From Planctomycetota bacterium (GTDB lineage Bacteria; Planctomycetota; UBA1135; UBA2386): a DNA stretch of 64,000 nucleotides. Below, one piece after another: positions 1 through 13,500 of this stretch; position 1 is the first letter of the stretch, and each line of letters starts with the position of its first letter. Under the pieces are notes generated by a model. It made no database searches. It was given only the letters and a program-made list of their open reading frames with translations, and was not told the origin of the DNA. A program made the translations under genes and the position numbers. The stretch covers positions 2,112,001-2,176,000 of the forward strand of contig OZ245838.1 of NCBI GenBank assembly GCA_965228735.1, written 5' to 3'.

Positions 1-376
1 TGATCTCGAGCTCGGTCTTGGCCGCCTTGAGCGCCGCGTCCGACTCGAGCACCTCGAGCTCGAGCGTCTCGATCTTCGACTCGATCTCGGTCGGGTCGAG
101 CTTGCAGATCACCGCGCCCTCCTCGACCTTGGTCCCCTCCTCCACGAGGAACGTGATCTTGCCGCGGCCGCGGATCTTCGGCGTCACCTTCTGCGACTCC
201 TTCGCGACCATCGTGCCGTTCTCGGTCAGCGTGATGCGCAGGTCGCCGCGCGCGACCTCGAACAGCTCCCCGGGCTTGCTCGCCTCAGTCGCCTCGACGT
301 CCGACGCGACGCTCCACCACCAGCCGCCGCCGCCACCGAGCACCGCGAGAACCCCTGCCGTCAGCTTGATGTTCAT
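1..376 (-). CDS. RND efflux periplasmic adaptor (HlyD family), runs off the window start
   Basis: Manual translation from ATG 376, which overlaps the TolC stop as ATGA: MNIKLTAGVLAVLGGGGGWWW...VARGDLRITLTENGT...GKITFLVEEGTKVEEGAVICKLD. This is a membrane anchor plus lipoyl half-motif and coiled coil. Not in the ORF track. Confidence 0.85.
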   Translation of the reverse strand, partial: MNIKLTAGVLAVLGGGGGWWWSVASDVEATEASKPGELFEVARGDLRITLTENGTMVAKESQKVTPKIRGRGKITFLVEEGTKVEEGAVICKLDPTEIESKIETLELEVLESDAALKAAKTELEI

Positions 377-2154
377 TGCCACCTTCCCTGGTCGTCGATG
401 AAGAACAGCCCCATGTCACGCAACAGCGAGAGCCGGGCGATGAAGTGGTCGACCTTGAGCCGGATGAGCGCGTTCTTGTTGTTCACGAGCGCCTGGCGCG
501 CTTCGAGCAGGTCGCGGTTGTCGAGCGACCCCGACTCGTAGCGGATCTCGGTGACCGTGACCGCGGCGCGTTCCTGTTCGATCTGGCCTTCCTGCAGCAC
601 GATCCGCTCCTCGATCGTCCGCAGCTGGCGTAGCGCGTCGCGGATGTCGAGCGCGAGCTGGTCGTAGCGCAGCGACAGTGCGCGCTTGCTCTGCTCGAGC
701 CGGATCTGGGTGAGCCGATAGCTGTTGCGCTCCGGCTTGCGCTGCAGTGGGACCTCGAACTCCAGCCCGATCGACGAGTTCCAGGTATCGGGACCGAACT
801 GGTCCTCGCCCGTCCCGCCACCCGTGAGCCCGTAGCTCGCGGTGAAGTCGAGGTCCGGCAACAGCGCGTTGGCCGCGATCGTCAGCTGGCGTTCGGCGTC
901 CTCGACCTGCTGCCGCTGCGTGATGATGTCGAGCCGGTTATGCCGCGCCGCGGCGACCGCCGAATCGAGCTCGAGCCGCACCGGTTCGAACGGCGGCTCC
1001 GCGTCCGCGATGACGATCGCGTCGGTCGTCGGCAGGCCGAGCAGGATCTTGAACTCGTCGACCGCGCGGTCGTAGGCCGCGCGCGCGCTGATCAACTGGT
1101 CCTTCGCCGTGATCTCACGACGCCGCGCGCGAAACACCTCGGCCTCGGTGTTGCGATCCATCTGGTAGAGCGCTTCCGACTTGCGCCGGTCGAACACCGC
1201 GCCCTGGTAGTTGGCGTCCTCGATCGTCAGCGACTGCCGCTGGCTCACGAGGTTGAAGTAGGTCCGCGCGATCGTGATCGAGAAGTTCTCGCGGAACAGC
1301 TGGAAGTCGCGGATCGAGTACACGAACGACCGTTCGGCCTGCGTCAGCGGCTCGTGCGACGGGATGTAGCCCGCGCCGCGCAGCAGCGGCTGCCGCAGCG
1401 ACGCGCTGACCGAGCTGCCGTAGTTGTCGAGCAGGCCCTGCGAGCCGTACGGCCACACCGCGTTGGCCGACGACGTGAGCGCGAGCGTGCCGCCGGTCGG
1501 CAGGATCTGACTGACGCCGAGGCTCGCCGCGACCTCGCTCTGCGCCACGCCGTCCTCGGCGTCGGAAACGAGCGTGCGGATCGCCGAGTTGAACTGCGGC
1601 CCGAAGTTGAACCGCGCGAGCGACAGCGACAGACCCGCGGAGTACAGCTGTTCGCGTTGGGTCAGGTACTGGCGGTTGTGCTGCACCGCGGTGCGCAGCG
1701 CGCGCTCGAGATCGTAGGTCTCCGCGGCCTGCACCGCGGCCTCGGGCACGCCGGCCGCGCGACGCAGGACGCGGTCGGGCAATTCACCCGACCCATCCCC
1801 GGCCGACTCGACCGGCGGATCGACGGCCTCACCGGTCTCGCTCTCCTGCCCCGCCGCCTCCCCCCTGGCGGGCGCCTGCTGCGCGGTGTCGTCCGGCGCC
1901 TTGATCTCGTCGGCGCCCGGCGGCCGGATCCCCGGCTGCTCGATCGGCGGCGCGGCCTCGGGCGGCGGCAGCTTGTCGGGGTAGAGCGCGCGCTGCCGGC
2001 GGTCGCCGAGCGTGCGGTCGATGCCATCGTCGAGGATCGAACCGACCTCGCGATCGGCATCAGCGACCCAATACGTGGTCGAACAGCCGGCCGTCATCAC
2101 CGCGGCGACAGCGGCGATGGCGACCGACAGGTGTCGGAGACCTGGAGTTGGCAT
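373..2154 (-). CDS. TolC-family outer membrane efflux lipoprotein
   Basis: Lipobox-like MTAGC; OEP repeats (YDLERALRTAVQHNR, LRQPLLRGAG, ALLPDLD, RYESG..DLLEARQAL); upstream of the adaptor. Start 2154 preferred; the ORF extends to 2220. Confidence 0.88.
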   Translation of the reverse strand: MPTPGLRHLSVAIAAVAAVMTAGCSTTYWVADADREVGSILDDGIDRTLGDRRQRALYPDKLPPPEAAPPIEQPGIRPPGADEIKAPDDTAQQAPARGEAAGQESETGEAVDPPVESAGDGSGELPDRVLRRAAGVPEAAVQAAETYDLERALRTAVQHNRQYLTQREQLYSAGLSLSLARFNFGPQFNSAIRTLVSDAEDGVAQSEVAASLGVSQILPTGGTLALTSSANAVWPYGSQGLLDNYGSSVSASLRQPLLRGAGYIPSHEPLTQAERSFVYSIRDFQLFRENFSITIARTYFNLVSQRQSLTIEDANYQGAVFDRRKSEALYQMDRNTEAEVFRARRREITAKDQLISARAAYDRAVDEFKILLGLPTTDAIVIADAEPPFEPVRLELDSAVAAARHNRLDIITQRQQVEDAERQLTIAANALLPDLDFTASYGLTGGGTGEDQFGPDTWNSSIGLEFEVPLQRKPERNSYRLTQIRLEQSKRALSLRYDQLALDIRDALRQLRTIEERIVLQEGQIEQERAAVTVTEIRYESGSLDNRDLLEARQALVNNKNALIRLKVDHFIARLSLLRDMGLFFIDDQGRWQ

Positions 2155-2442
2155 CAGGGGCAGGGCCCGGTCAGACGCCCGGACACTCGATTCCCATGGA
2201 CGTAGGGCCGGACGGCTCATTCCCGAGAATCCCGATTCAGAGGGGTGGGATGTCGGGTAGGAGCCGGGCCCGGCCTGCGCCGTAAGGGATGATTGTTCAA
2301 CGTTCTGAAGCGTCGAACGGTTGGGTTCCCCTCCCGGTTTCGCGTCAGGAAGTTGTCAAGATCAAGAGCACCCCCGACGACGATCAGCCGCGACACCGAG
2401 TCCTGACCGAACTGGCCGCCGACACCACGCCGGCGATGCCCT

Positions 2443-2694
2443 TCAGCCCGCGTCCGCCAACGGCTCGAGTCGGCTGATGTGCATGATCGCGCACAGGTGG
2501 ATGTTCTGCATCACCCCAGGGCGGCGCTCTGACGGCACACCGACCTGCACGGTCCGCACCGAGACCATGACCTGCTCGGGGTGGCTGACCTCGTATTGGC
2601 TGCCATCGGACATGTAGATCCGGAACGGCACGAACGGCCGCCGCCGAACGAGCTCCAGCACATCTTCGGGACGAAACATCGCTTCATCAGTCAT
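2443..2694 (-). CDS. Small conserved hypothetical protein
   Basis: [24 protein letters not shown] pattern, recognised from small planctomycete hypothetical proteins; follows uvrB co-directionally. Confidence 0.7.
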   Translation of the reverse strand: MTDEAMFRPEDVLELVRRRPFVPFRIYMSDGSQYEVSHPEQVMVSVRTVQVGVPSERRPGVMQNIHLCAIMHISRLEPLADAG

Positions 2695-2730
2695 GGCTCG
2701 ACCTATCTCGCCAGTCTATCCGAGATTCTC

Positions 2731-4797
<2,067 letters not shown>

Positions 4798-4842
4798 GGC
4801 TCCGGTTTACGACATGGCGGGCGCGGCGCATACTCCTCCGCG

Positions 4843-7098
4843 ATGCGCAAACTGCTCGCCGCCGCTCTGCTCTGCAGCCTCGCTCCGGTCGCGCTCGTCA
4901 CGGCCCAGGAGGTGCCCGCGCCCGAACGGTATGCCGCGGCCAAGGCCGTGATCGAGCAGGCGATCGAGAACGGCGAAACGCCGTCGATCGCCGTCGCCGT
5001 GCTCGACGACGGCAAGATCGTCTGGGCCGAGGGTTTCGGCCTCGCCGACGTCGAAGCCAAGACGAAGGCGACGCCCGACACGATCTATCGGCTCGCGTCG
5101 ATCAGCAAGCCGTTCACGGCAACCGCGATCATGCAGCTCGTCGAGCGCGGACTCGTCGATCTCGACCGGCCGGTGAACGAGTACCTGGCCAAGGACGCGC
5201 AACTGCGCGCGTATCGCGGCACGGCCGATCAGATCACGGTGCGGCGCCTGCTCAACCACACGGGCGGGCTGCCGACGCACTGGAACTTCTTCTACGAGGG
5301 TGAGACGCCGCCGAGTCGCGACGAGTCGATCCGGCAGTTCGGGTTCGCGGGATACGAGCCCGGTTCGCGGACCCAGTACAGCAACTTTGCGTTCGGGATC
5401 CTTGATCACGTGGTCGCGCGCCTTGGCGGGCAGAGCTACCGCGATTGGCTGGTGAGCGAGCTCTGCGACCCGATCGGGATGACCCACACCGACCTCGGCG
5501 TTCGCCCAGGCGCAGCGGCGCTCGCAGCGCACGGCTACCGCAAGCAAGGCGACGCGTGGCAGCAGGTGAAGGACTACGGCTTCGATCACGACGGCGCGTC
5601 GGCAGTCCGCAGTTCGGCGCTGGACCTGATGCGATTTGCGCGCCTGCAGATCAACCGGGGGCAGGTCGACGGCGCCCGCGTGCTGTCCGAAGCGGGTGCG
5701 CTCGCGATGCGAAAGAAGCGCGGCACCGCGGCGCGGAGCCGCTTCGGGATCGGCTGGAGCATCAGCGAGATCGCCGGCAATCTCGTTCTCGGCCACAGCG
5801 GCGGCATGCCTGGCGTGAGCACGCAGCTGGTCGTGTCGCCCGAGATCGGATTCGCCGCGGCAGTGCTGACCAACAGCAGCAACCGCGGCCCGACGAATCG
5901 CGTGCTGCGCGCGATCCGTGAGGCGCGCTTCGGAAAGGCCGGAACGCCAAGCGACCCGGCGACCCCGGACAGAACGCGACTCCCGATCAGCGGCAAGTAC
6001 CGCGGCCATGTCGCACATCCCGACGGTCCGATCTCGATCAGCATTGCGTTGGATGCCGGCGGGACCTCGAGCTATGCGGGAAGCCGCCGCGCCATGGGCA
6101 CGTTCGCCGGCAAGAACCGCCGCTTCGAACTGGAGGCGGTCGACAAGAGCGTGTCGCTCGTGACCAACGAGCGGCTGACGCTCGGCCACGCCGAACCGCT
6201 CGACGCGCGACTGCGCTTTGACCTCCGGATCGAGGACGACGGCCTCCGCGGCGTCTGCTACGCGCAGGCTGACAGCATCTGCCAGGTGCCGCTCTGGGTC
6301 GAACTCGCGCCGGTGCCGCCGCGGCCGAGCAACGCCCTGCGCGTCATCTCCTACAACGTCCTCGTCGGTTTCCAGGACAGCTCGATCGGCCGCTTCCTCC
6401 CGGGCTGCCAACGCGAGGCGCGCATCAGCGCATGGCTCGCGGCGCAACGCCCGGACGTCGTCGCGTTCCAGGAGATGAACGGCTTCGACGAAGAACGGCT
6501 GAAGGAGCTCGCGCGCGCCTGGGGTCACGAGCACGTCGCCCTGCTCAAGGAGGACGGCTACCCGGTCGCGCTCACGTCGAACGAGAAGATCCAGGTCATC
6601 GCCCGCCACCGCCAGAACCTGCACCACGGGCTGCTGCACGCGCGCACCCACGACGTCGACTTCATCGTCGTCCACTTCGCGCCGATGCCCGGCGTCCCGC
6701 GCAAGGTGCTCGAGGTCGCCGCGGCGCTCAAGTGTTACCGACTCGCGACGAGCGTCGATCACGACGCGATCGTGCTCGGCGACTTCAACTCGCTCGCGCC
6801 GCACGACGTCGATCGCTTCTCCGCCGCGGCGACCGAGCGCTACCGCAAGTGGCAGTACCTGATGCACGACGGCAAGCCCGCCGAGATCGCCATGGGACCG
6901 CTGCTTTCGGCCGGCGCCATCGACGTCGTGCACGACCAGCGGGCGCTGCCCGACGAACTGCCGCTGCCGCGCATCGACTTCATCCTGAGCAGCCCGGACC
7001 TCGCGGCCGAGTGCATGGGCGCCCGTTGGTTGGCCGACCCCGCGATGCTGCGGCTGTCCGACCACCCGGCCGTGGTCGCGGACTTCCGCCGCCGCTGA
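4843..7098 (+). CDS. Secreted serine hydrolase (beta-lactamase family) fused to an endonuclease/exonuclease/phosphatase (EEP) domain
   Basis: Signal peptide from ATG 4843; SxxK (ASISK), LLNHTGG, YSN, HSG motifs; then ISYNV, FQE, GDFN, RIDFI, SDH of the EEP fold. The upstream part of the 1505-aa ORF is an antisense shadow of uvrB. Confidence 0.88.
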   Translation: MRKLLAAALLCSLAPVALVTAQEVPAPERYAAAKAVIEQAIENGETPSIAVAVLDDGKIVWAEGFGLADVEAKTKATPDTIYRLASISKPFTATAIMQLVERGLVDLDRPVNEYLAKDAQLRAYRGTADQITVRRLLNHTGGLPTHWNFFYEGETPPSRDESIRQFGFAGYEPGSRTQYSNFAFGILDHVVARLGGQSYRDWLVSELCDPIGMTHTDLGVRPGAAALAAHGYRKQGDAWQQVKDYGFDHDGASAVRSSALDLMRFARLQINRGQVDGARVLSEAGALAMRKKRGTAARSRFGIGWSISEIAGNLVLGHSGGMPGVSTQLVVSPEIGFAAAVLTNSSNRGPTNRVLRAIREARFGKAGTPSDPATPDRTRLPISGKYRGHVAHPDGPISISIALDAGGTSSYAGSRRAMGTFAGKNRRFELEAVDKSVSLVTNERLTLGHAEPLDARLRFDLRIEDDGLRGVCYAQADSICQVPLWVELAPVPPRPSNALRVISYNVLVGFQDSSIGRFLPGCQREARISAWLAAQRPDVVAFQEMNGFDEERLKELARAWGHEHVALLKEDGYPVALTSNEKIQVIARHRQNLHHGLLHARTHDVDFIVVHFAPMPGVPRKVLEVAAALKCYRLATSVDHDAIVLGDFNSLAPHDVDRFSAAATERYRKWQYLMHDGKPAEIAMGPLLSAGAIDVVHDQRALPDELPLPRIDFILSSPDLAAECMGARWLADPAMLRLSDHPAVVADFRRR

Positions 7099-7280
7099 GC
7101 CGCCCCCCGGGCGCCGCCCCGGGGCGCCGAATCACGCCGAACCGAACCGCGGGCGGCCGCCCGCCGTTGCGCCCGTAGGGCCATCGGCTTACCGTGCTTC
7201 ATCCCTCTGCGGGCCCCCGCTTCCCTGGTCCACCAACTCCGGGGCCCTCGCAACCCCCTCATCTACAGGCAGGTCTGACC

Positions 7281-8645
7281 TTGGCGCGCCGTTCCTCCGC
7301 AGCCCGTTCCTCTCGTTCCCGGACCACCGGCGGCCGCTCGGCCGGCACTCGTTCGGCGGGCTCGCGTGCTGGTCGCGGGCGGCAGTCCGGCGAAATGCGC
7401 GTCAGCCCCGACGGCAAGGTCGACGCGCCGTGCCCGCAGTGCGGGACGAAGTATCGGGTGAGCGTCGAGGTCCTCGACGATCCGCTCGAGTGCCAGGCGT
7501 GCCACCGCGTGTTCATTCCGAAGACGACGGCGGGCAAGCGCGGCAAGCAGCAGGACAACACCAAGGTCTACGTCGGGTTCGGCATCGGCGCGCTGTTCAT
7601 CGTGATCACGTTCGTGCTCATGTCGGGCGGCAGCAGCGAACCGAAGAAGGCACCCCCGCCGGTGCAGAACGCGCCGCGCAACCCCTACACCAAGAGCAGT
7701 CACCCGCGCGCGCAGCAGATCGCGGCGTGGGCGGCCGCGTTCCACGGCCCGGCGCCCGACCGCCTCACGATCTCGCAGCGCAGCGACCTGCAGGCGCTCG
7801 CGACGATGATCGAGATGCCGGACGCCGGCACCGCGGCCAACCAGGAGATCGTCGCGGCGCTGCTGAAGCACCCGAGCACGCAGTGGCTGCGCGACATCAA
7901 GTGCGAGACGGCCGAGCTCATGTCCGACGACATGATGAAGACGGCGACCGGCAACGCGCTCGTCTACCTCGTGCCCGAGCCCGGCAACAAGGACTACGAG
8001 AACAACGACCGCGCCGAGCTCGACGTGACGTTCACGGCCAACGGCGACGACGTGCAGGTCACCGGCTGGACGATCGCGCGGCACATCATCCGCAAGACGC
8101 CCGACCCGAACCGCAAGCGCGTCGCGGTCAACAAGAACATCAAGGTCGCCGAAGAGACCCAGATCACGGACAGCGCGGGCACCCGCAAGGTGCTCGAGTC
8201 CGAGCCGGGCCCGATGCCGCACCGCGAGGGCACCGATGCCGCGCTCAAGGCCAAGGTCGACGAGGTCATCGCCGGCGTGCTGCGCAGCGCCGACCCCGAC
8301 GGCCCGCCGCTGGCGCGCTTCACCCTCAAGCTGCGCACGCTCGAGGAGCGCAAGGCCGGCGTCAATCGCGGCCTGAATGCGATGTACGAGCTCTACGGCG
8401 ACGTCAACGGCAACAAGATGAAGCTGAGCCAGCTCGATCGCGCGCTGCGCGACTGGACCGGCTACGCCGTCAACTTCCAGATCCGCGACTCGGAGGACCC
8501 GGCCCGCGACAAGAAGGAGCGCGAATCCTGCGTGCGCCAGTGGTTCGGCTTCTGGTGGCGCTTCTCCGAGAGCGGCCTCGAGGACTTCTTCGACATGAGC
8601 GAGAACCTCGAGGACGACGAAGGCGAGGGCGACAAGGGCAAGTAG
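7281..8645 (+). CDS. Zinc-ribbon, single-TM hypothetical protein
   Basis: CPQC...CQAC followed by a TM helix (VYVGFGIGALFIVITFVLM); host-like codon bias. Start is TTG 7281 or ATG 7395. Confidence 0.75.
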   Translation: MARRSSAARSSRSRTTGGRSAGTRSAGSRAGRGRQSGEMRVSPDGKVDAPCPQCGTKYRVSVEVLDDPLECQACHRVFIPKTTAGKRGKQQDNTKVYVGFGIGALFIVITFVLMSGGSSEPKKAPPPVQNAPRNPYTKSSHPRAQQIAAWAAAFHGPAPDRLTISQRSDLQALATMIEMPDAGTAANQEIVAALLKHPSTQWLRDIKCETAELMSDDMMKTATGNALVYLVPEPGNKDYENNDRAELDVTFTANGDDVQVTGWTIARHIIRKTPDPNRKRVAVNKNIKVAEETQITDSAGTRKVLESEPGPMPHREGTDAALKAKVDEVIAGVLRSADPDGPPLARFTLKLRTLEERKAGVNRGLNAMYELYGDVNGNKMKLSQLDRALRDWTGYAVNFQIRDSEDPARDKKERESCVRQWFGFWWRFSESGLEDFFDMSENLEDDEGEGDKGK

Positions 8646-8712
8646 CCGCGCCGCCGCCAGCCGACGACCTCCACTCCGAACCCCTCCGTCTCCCCGCCCC
8701 CTCTCCCACGGA

Positions 8713-9912
8713 ATGAGCACGATCCAGATCCAATGTGACAACTGCGGCGCCAAGTACAAGCTGCCGGAGTCCTTCTCGAGCCCGAAGGCCAAGTGCCAGA
8801 AGTGCGGCAGCGTCATCGACGTCGCGAGCCAGCGCGCCGCCGCCGAGGCCGGCGACTCGCCCGCCGCGAGCACGCCGGCGGCCGCCGCCAAGCCCGCCGC
8901 CGCGGCGCGTCCAGCGGTCGATCGCAGCAAGCAGACGGCCGGCGCGCGCGGCGCCAAGGCCGCGAGCAGCAAGACTGGCGCCGCCAAGGCCGGCGGTCGG
9001 GCGAGCTCGCGCCGCCGCGGCGGCGGGGACGACGGCGACGATGGTGACGGCGGCGGTCGCGCCGGCCGCCGCGGCCGCCGCGAGCCGGAGAAGAAGAACA
9101 ACAACGCGATGATCTTCGGCGGCATCGGCCTCGCCGCCGTCATCGTCGTCGTGCTCGTCGTCGTCATGACCGGTGGCAACGGCGAGAACGGCAACCAGGA
9201 GAACACGGCCCAGAACAGTGGCACCCAGAACAGTGGGACCCAGAACAGTGGGACCCAGAACGACAACGCGGCCAAGCCCGCCGACGACAACGGCGCCGAT
9301 TCGGGCACCGGCAACGACGACGCGAGCAAGCCCGATGCGGGCAGCAAGCCCGAGGACGGTGACGCCGGCACCGGCAAGCCCGACGCCGGGGCTGCCAAGC
9401 CGGCCGAAGCGAGCACGCCGAAGCCCGACGTCCCGAAGAACGCCCCGCGCTGGATGAAGCTCAAGGTCAGCTCGATGGACGAGGTCGATCTGAACTTCAC
9501 CGACGTGCCGTGGGATCGCCTCTCCGCCGAGGACCAGGACAAGTTCAAGAACCTCGCGGCCGACTACGCGGCCGGTGGCCGCCCGGGCCTCGACGCCCAG
9601 AAGGACCTGCAGGAGAACCCGTACGAGGCGATGTTCGGCCTCATCGACTACCTCCGCGGGCTCGACCACACCGATCCGTTCGAGATGAGCCAGGCCTACC
9701 CGATCAACCGCTTCATGACGGAGATCACGCACGGTCTGTCACCGGGCTTCGTGCCGGTCGCGATGGACGAGACGATGGATCCGCGCAAGGCCGAACACAA
9801 CGCCGACACCACCCGCGCGTGGCTCAAGTTCTTCGATCAGCACCCGGACAAGGCCACGTTCGAGAGCAAGAACGAGGAGCGTCGCAAGGCGATGCTCAAC
9901 AAGGACAAGTAG
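8713..9912 (+). CDS. MJ0042-type zinc-ribbon, single-TM protein with low-complexity linker
   Basis: IQIQCDNCGAKYKL...KAKCQKCG, Ala/Arg-rich linker, TM helix, QNSGT repeats. Confidence 0.8.
   Translation: MSTIQIQCDNCGAKYKLPESFSSPKAKCQKCGSVIDVASQRAAAEAGDSPAASTPAAAAKPAAAARPAVDRSKQTAGARGAKAASSKTGAAKAGGRASSRRRGGGDDGDDGDGGGRAGRRGRREPEKKNNNAMIFGGIGLAAVIVVVLVVVMTGGNGENGNQENTAQNSGTQNSGTQNSGTQNDNAAKPADDNGADSGTGNDDASKPDAGSKPEDGDAGTGKPDAGAAKPAEASTPKPDVPKNAPRWMKLKVSSMDEVDLNFTDVPWDRLSAEDQDKFKNLAADYAAGGRPGLDAQKDLQENPYEAMFGLIDYLRGLDHTDPFEMSQAYPINRFMTEITHGLSPGFVPVAMDETMDPRKAEHNADTTRAWLKFFDQHPDKATFESKNEERRKAMLNKDK
9211..9261 (+). repeat. 15-bp coding tandem repeat (CAGAACAGTGGSACC x3.4, encodes QNSGT)
   Basis: Units at 9211, 9226 and 9241, partial unit at 9256. 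Confidence 0.9.
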
Positions 9913-9915
9913 CCC

Positions 9916-10491
9916 CTGTCGACGCCGCCCCCACTGCCCGAGACCGAGCCGGCGGGGTCCCCGCCGCGGCGGCGTTCGTTCTGGCGCACGCCCGCCGGCA
10001 TCGTCGCCGGCGTGCTCCTCGGGTTCGGCGCGCTCGCGCTCGCCGGGCTGGTCGCCATCGGCGTCGCGGCGGAGATGGGTTACCTGCCGCCCACCGCGGT
10101 GGTGGAACGCGCCAAGCTCCGCACCAGCGTCGTCGAACTGCTGCGCGAACACGGCATCCTCGAGCCCGGCGAGACGGTGCGCTACTACTACAGCACCGGC
10201 TTCCTGAGCTACCTCGAGGACGGCAACATCGTCACCGACCGGCGGGTGATCAGCTACTGGCAGCCGCTCGGCGAGACGGCCATCGAGGTCGCCGCCGCGA
10301 CCTACGCGGAGATCGCGGACGTCGCGGTCGACTGGGGCGATTCGTTCCTGGACGACACGGTCATCACCGTGACGCTGCGCGAGGACGAGAACGGCATTGC
10401 CGGCGAGATCGAGCTCTGGGCCAGCACCGAGGATGGCGGGGACAAGAAGTTCCACGCCGAACTCGAACGGCTGTGGGCCCAGCATCGCTGA
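9916..10491 (+). CDS. Membrane-anchored hypothetical protein
   Basis: TM segment then a globular domain with host codon bias. The frame is open from 9913; start uncertain (CTG 9916 or GTG 10012). Confidence 0.65.
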   Translation: MSTPPPLPETEPAGSPPRRRSFWRTPAGIVAGVLLGFGALALAGLVAIGVAAEMGYLPPTAVVERAKLRTSVVELLREHGILEPGETVRYYYSTGFLSYLEDGNIVTDRRVISYWQPLGETAIEVAAATYAEIADVAVDWGDSFLDDTVITVTLREDENGIAGEIELWASTEDGGDKKFHAELERLWAQHR

Positions 10492-10547
10492 GCCCAGAAT
10501 CGCGGAGTCCGCAGCCCTGAATCCTGGGCCGCCGGGCCGCCCGCGGT

Positions 10548-13500
10548 TCACTGCACCGTGTGCATCACCCGCTGGTTGAGCGCGGACAGCTCTTCGAACT
10601 CGGCGTGCTCGACGATCTCGATCACGAGGTCGTCGCCCGGTGTCACCGCGACGAACAGCGGGAACGTCACGACCACACTCGATGGGTCGAGCCCTTGCGG
10701 CGCCGGCACGACCGGCAGCACGGCGCCGCCGATCAACGCGCCGTTGCGGTAGGCGAAGACGCGCGAGTTGTAGCTCAGCCCCATCGCGGCCGGGTCGTAG
10801 TCCGCCGTTCCGAGGTTGTGCACGGTCAGGGTCATCGAGCCGGCCGCCACGTCGACTTCGACGGTCTCGGGGTTGAGCGCGAGATCGACCTGAGCGCCCG
10901 GTGAGCCGGGCGCGGCGGCCACGAACCGCAGCTCGCAGACGACGTTCGTCCGCGCCGGCAGCGCCGGCACGTCGATCGCGGTCGCTCCCCGTCGCACGGT
11001 CACGGGCGTCGATTGCGGCACGCCCGCGACCGGACCGTCGATGATCTGGTCGCCATCGTTGTCGACGCCGATCTCGAGCGTGTAGTCACCGGCGGGGTAG
11101 CCGCCGCGCACGAACAGGGTCAGCTCGGTCGATGGCAGCGATGTCATGCTGTAGACCAGCGCCCGCATGCCGAGGTCCCCGGCGGCCGTCAGCGCGGAGT
11201 CCGCCTCCGTCACGACGAGGGCGACATCATCGAGCCGGAGCGCGCCGCCGGAACGGTCTCCCCAGGAGATCGGCGCGCGGTTGCTCGTCTCGAGCGCCCC
11301 TCCGCCGGCGAGGACCTGGGTCGTGAAGAGGGCGGGCACATCGACCGTCGCGCGATCGGTGTAGGTGACCCAGTCGGTCGCGAGCGGCCACAGGACCTGC
11401 CAGTGCGTCGCGCCGTGCGCGAGGGTATTGGTGACGACAGTGAGGTCCTTGCCGTTCCCCGGGCTGGCGGGCGGCTGCGCAAGCAGGCCGGTATACGCGT
11501 CCTCGGAGAGCGCCAGCAGACCGTCTACGACCATCGCGTCGTAGATCGCGGCGACCTCGATCGCGAGTTGCCCACGCATGCGCAGCGCGAGCCGCGACAT
11601 GGTCGCCGCGAGCCGCTGCGCGACCCACTCGTCCGTCCCCTGGTTCGGGGTCGAACCGACTGGCGGGATGTTGTTCGCCACGAACTCGATGGCCGAGTAG
11701 AGCGCGCCGAACATGCGCTGACGCTTGACGGGATCGGTTTCCGCGTCGGCCGCCATCGCGATCATCGTGTAGATGCCGTCGACGTAGTAGTTGATGCCGC
11801 CCGACAAGCTCGGCACGGTGTACCAGTTGCTCGTTCCGATCGCCCCGGTCGAGGGCTGGAACCCCGGCGGCGCGATTCCATACGGCTTGGTCGTGCCCGT
11901 CGACCCGAGGGTCGGCCCGGTGCTCATCGCCGCCTCGGCCCAGACGCGACCGAGTTCGATCAGGTACCGTTCCGCGGTCTCGTTGCCGGAGTAGGCGACG
12001 AGCTCGAACGAGGGCAGCAGCGCCTTGGTGATCAGCGTGCCCGTGAAGTCGTCGCTCTGCTTGACCCGGTAGGCATCGAAGTGCCACGCGGTGAACGTGC
12101 GACCGACGTAGCCCGTGCCGTAGGGGATCGTCCACGACTCGTCACCGGGCGGATCGTTGCCGAGGGCGTCGCGCTGATCGACGTTGCGCGTGAGGCGCAT
12201 CGCGAGCTCGACGTAGCGAGGATCGCCGAGCCGCGTCGGCATGAGGAACGACAGCGGCAGGCTCGTGTGCTCCGAAGCGTGCTCGACATCGTTGATCCCC
12301 AGCGCCCCGGCGTCGTAGTAGTAGCCCTGGTCGAGGTCGACGGTCGCGTTGGGCCCGCGCATCGTGAGGTCGAGGAGACCGAGGGTGAACGCCCGCACCG
12401 GATCGGCCGCATCCTCGATGCGCGAGACGAGCAGACGCCCGAGGCCGGACGCCAGCTCCACGTCGTCACTGTCGCCACCGCCGATCTCACCGACGCCGAA
12501 CGCACCGATGCTGAACTGCCGGCGCTCCCGCCACCAGTTGCCGAGCGACCAGCCGAGACGGGCCATCCGGTGCGCGGCACCGGCCCAGGCCGGATCGGAC
12601 GGCAGATCGGCCGTCGCGATGCGATCGGCCCACCAGGCTTCGTCGAAGTCGTTGCCCGGCGGCATCGCGCCGTCGTAGGGCTGGATCCAGCGCGGCTCGG
12701 TGCTCAACGGGTCGACGTAGTTGCGGACGAACCACGTCACCGTTCGCACGCCGTGCGCCTTGGGAAAGAGCAGGTCGCTGCTCGCCGGATCGACCCGCGG
12801 CCACAGCGCATCGAACAGCGCGAGACGGTAGTGGTTCCAATCCGCGAACTGCGCGTGGAAGTAGACGTTGCGGCCGAGTGTCGCGCGCGCGATCCAGGCG
12901 CGGCTCTTGGCATGGAACGGGCTCGGGAACGCGGCCGCTCCGGCGACGTCGGCGACCACGTCGCCATCGACCTGCGTGAGCAGCGCTTCACCCGTGCAGA
13001 GACTGGCGAGCAGCCGGTTCTCGTACTTCTGACCGGCGCCGAGGCTCGTGTAGTAGGTGTCATCGAGCGGGAACTCACCGTTGCTGCCATCGCCATGCTC
13101 GTAGCCGCGCGCGAGCACGCGATGCGCGCCCCGGCGGAAGTCGCGAACGTCGAGCAGCAGCGAGTGCACGCGCGCGTCCCCCGGCAGCTGCGACTGCAGA
13201 CTCACGAGTTCGGCCGCCAGCGCCTCGAGCCGCGCCGCGTCCCGCGGATAGCCGTTCTCGAACACGAACCCGAGGTCCTCGTCACCGCGCAGCCAGCCGA
13301 GCCACCAGGCCCGGGCCCACGCCACGGCCAGCCGCTCGTTGGCGTTGCTCGGGACCGCGTTCTCGAGGTCCGACCACGCACCGTCGTAGTCCGGCGTGCT
13401 CGCGTTGATCTTGTCGAGCGCGGACTGCACGAGCGCGTTCATCGCGGCCGAACCCTGCGCGACGAGCTTGTTGCTCGCAGGATCGAGAACGACGGGCACG

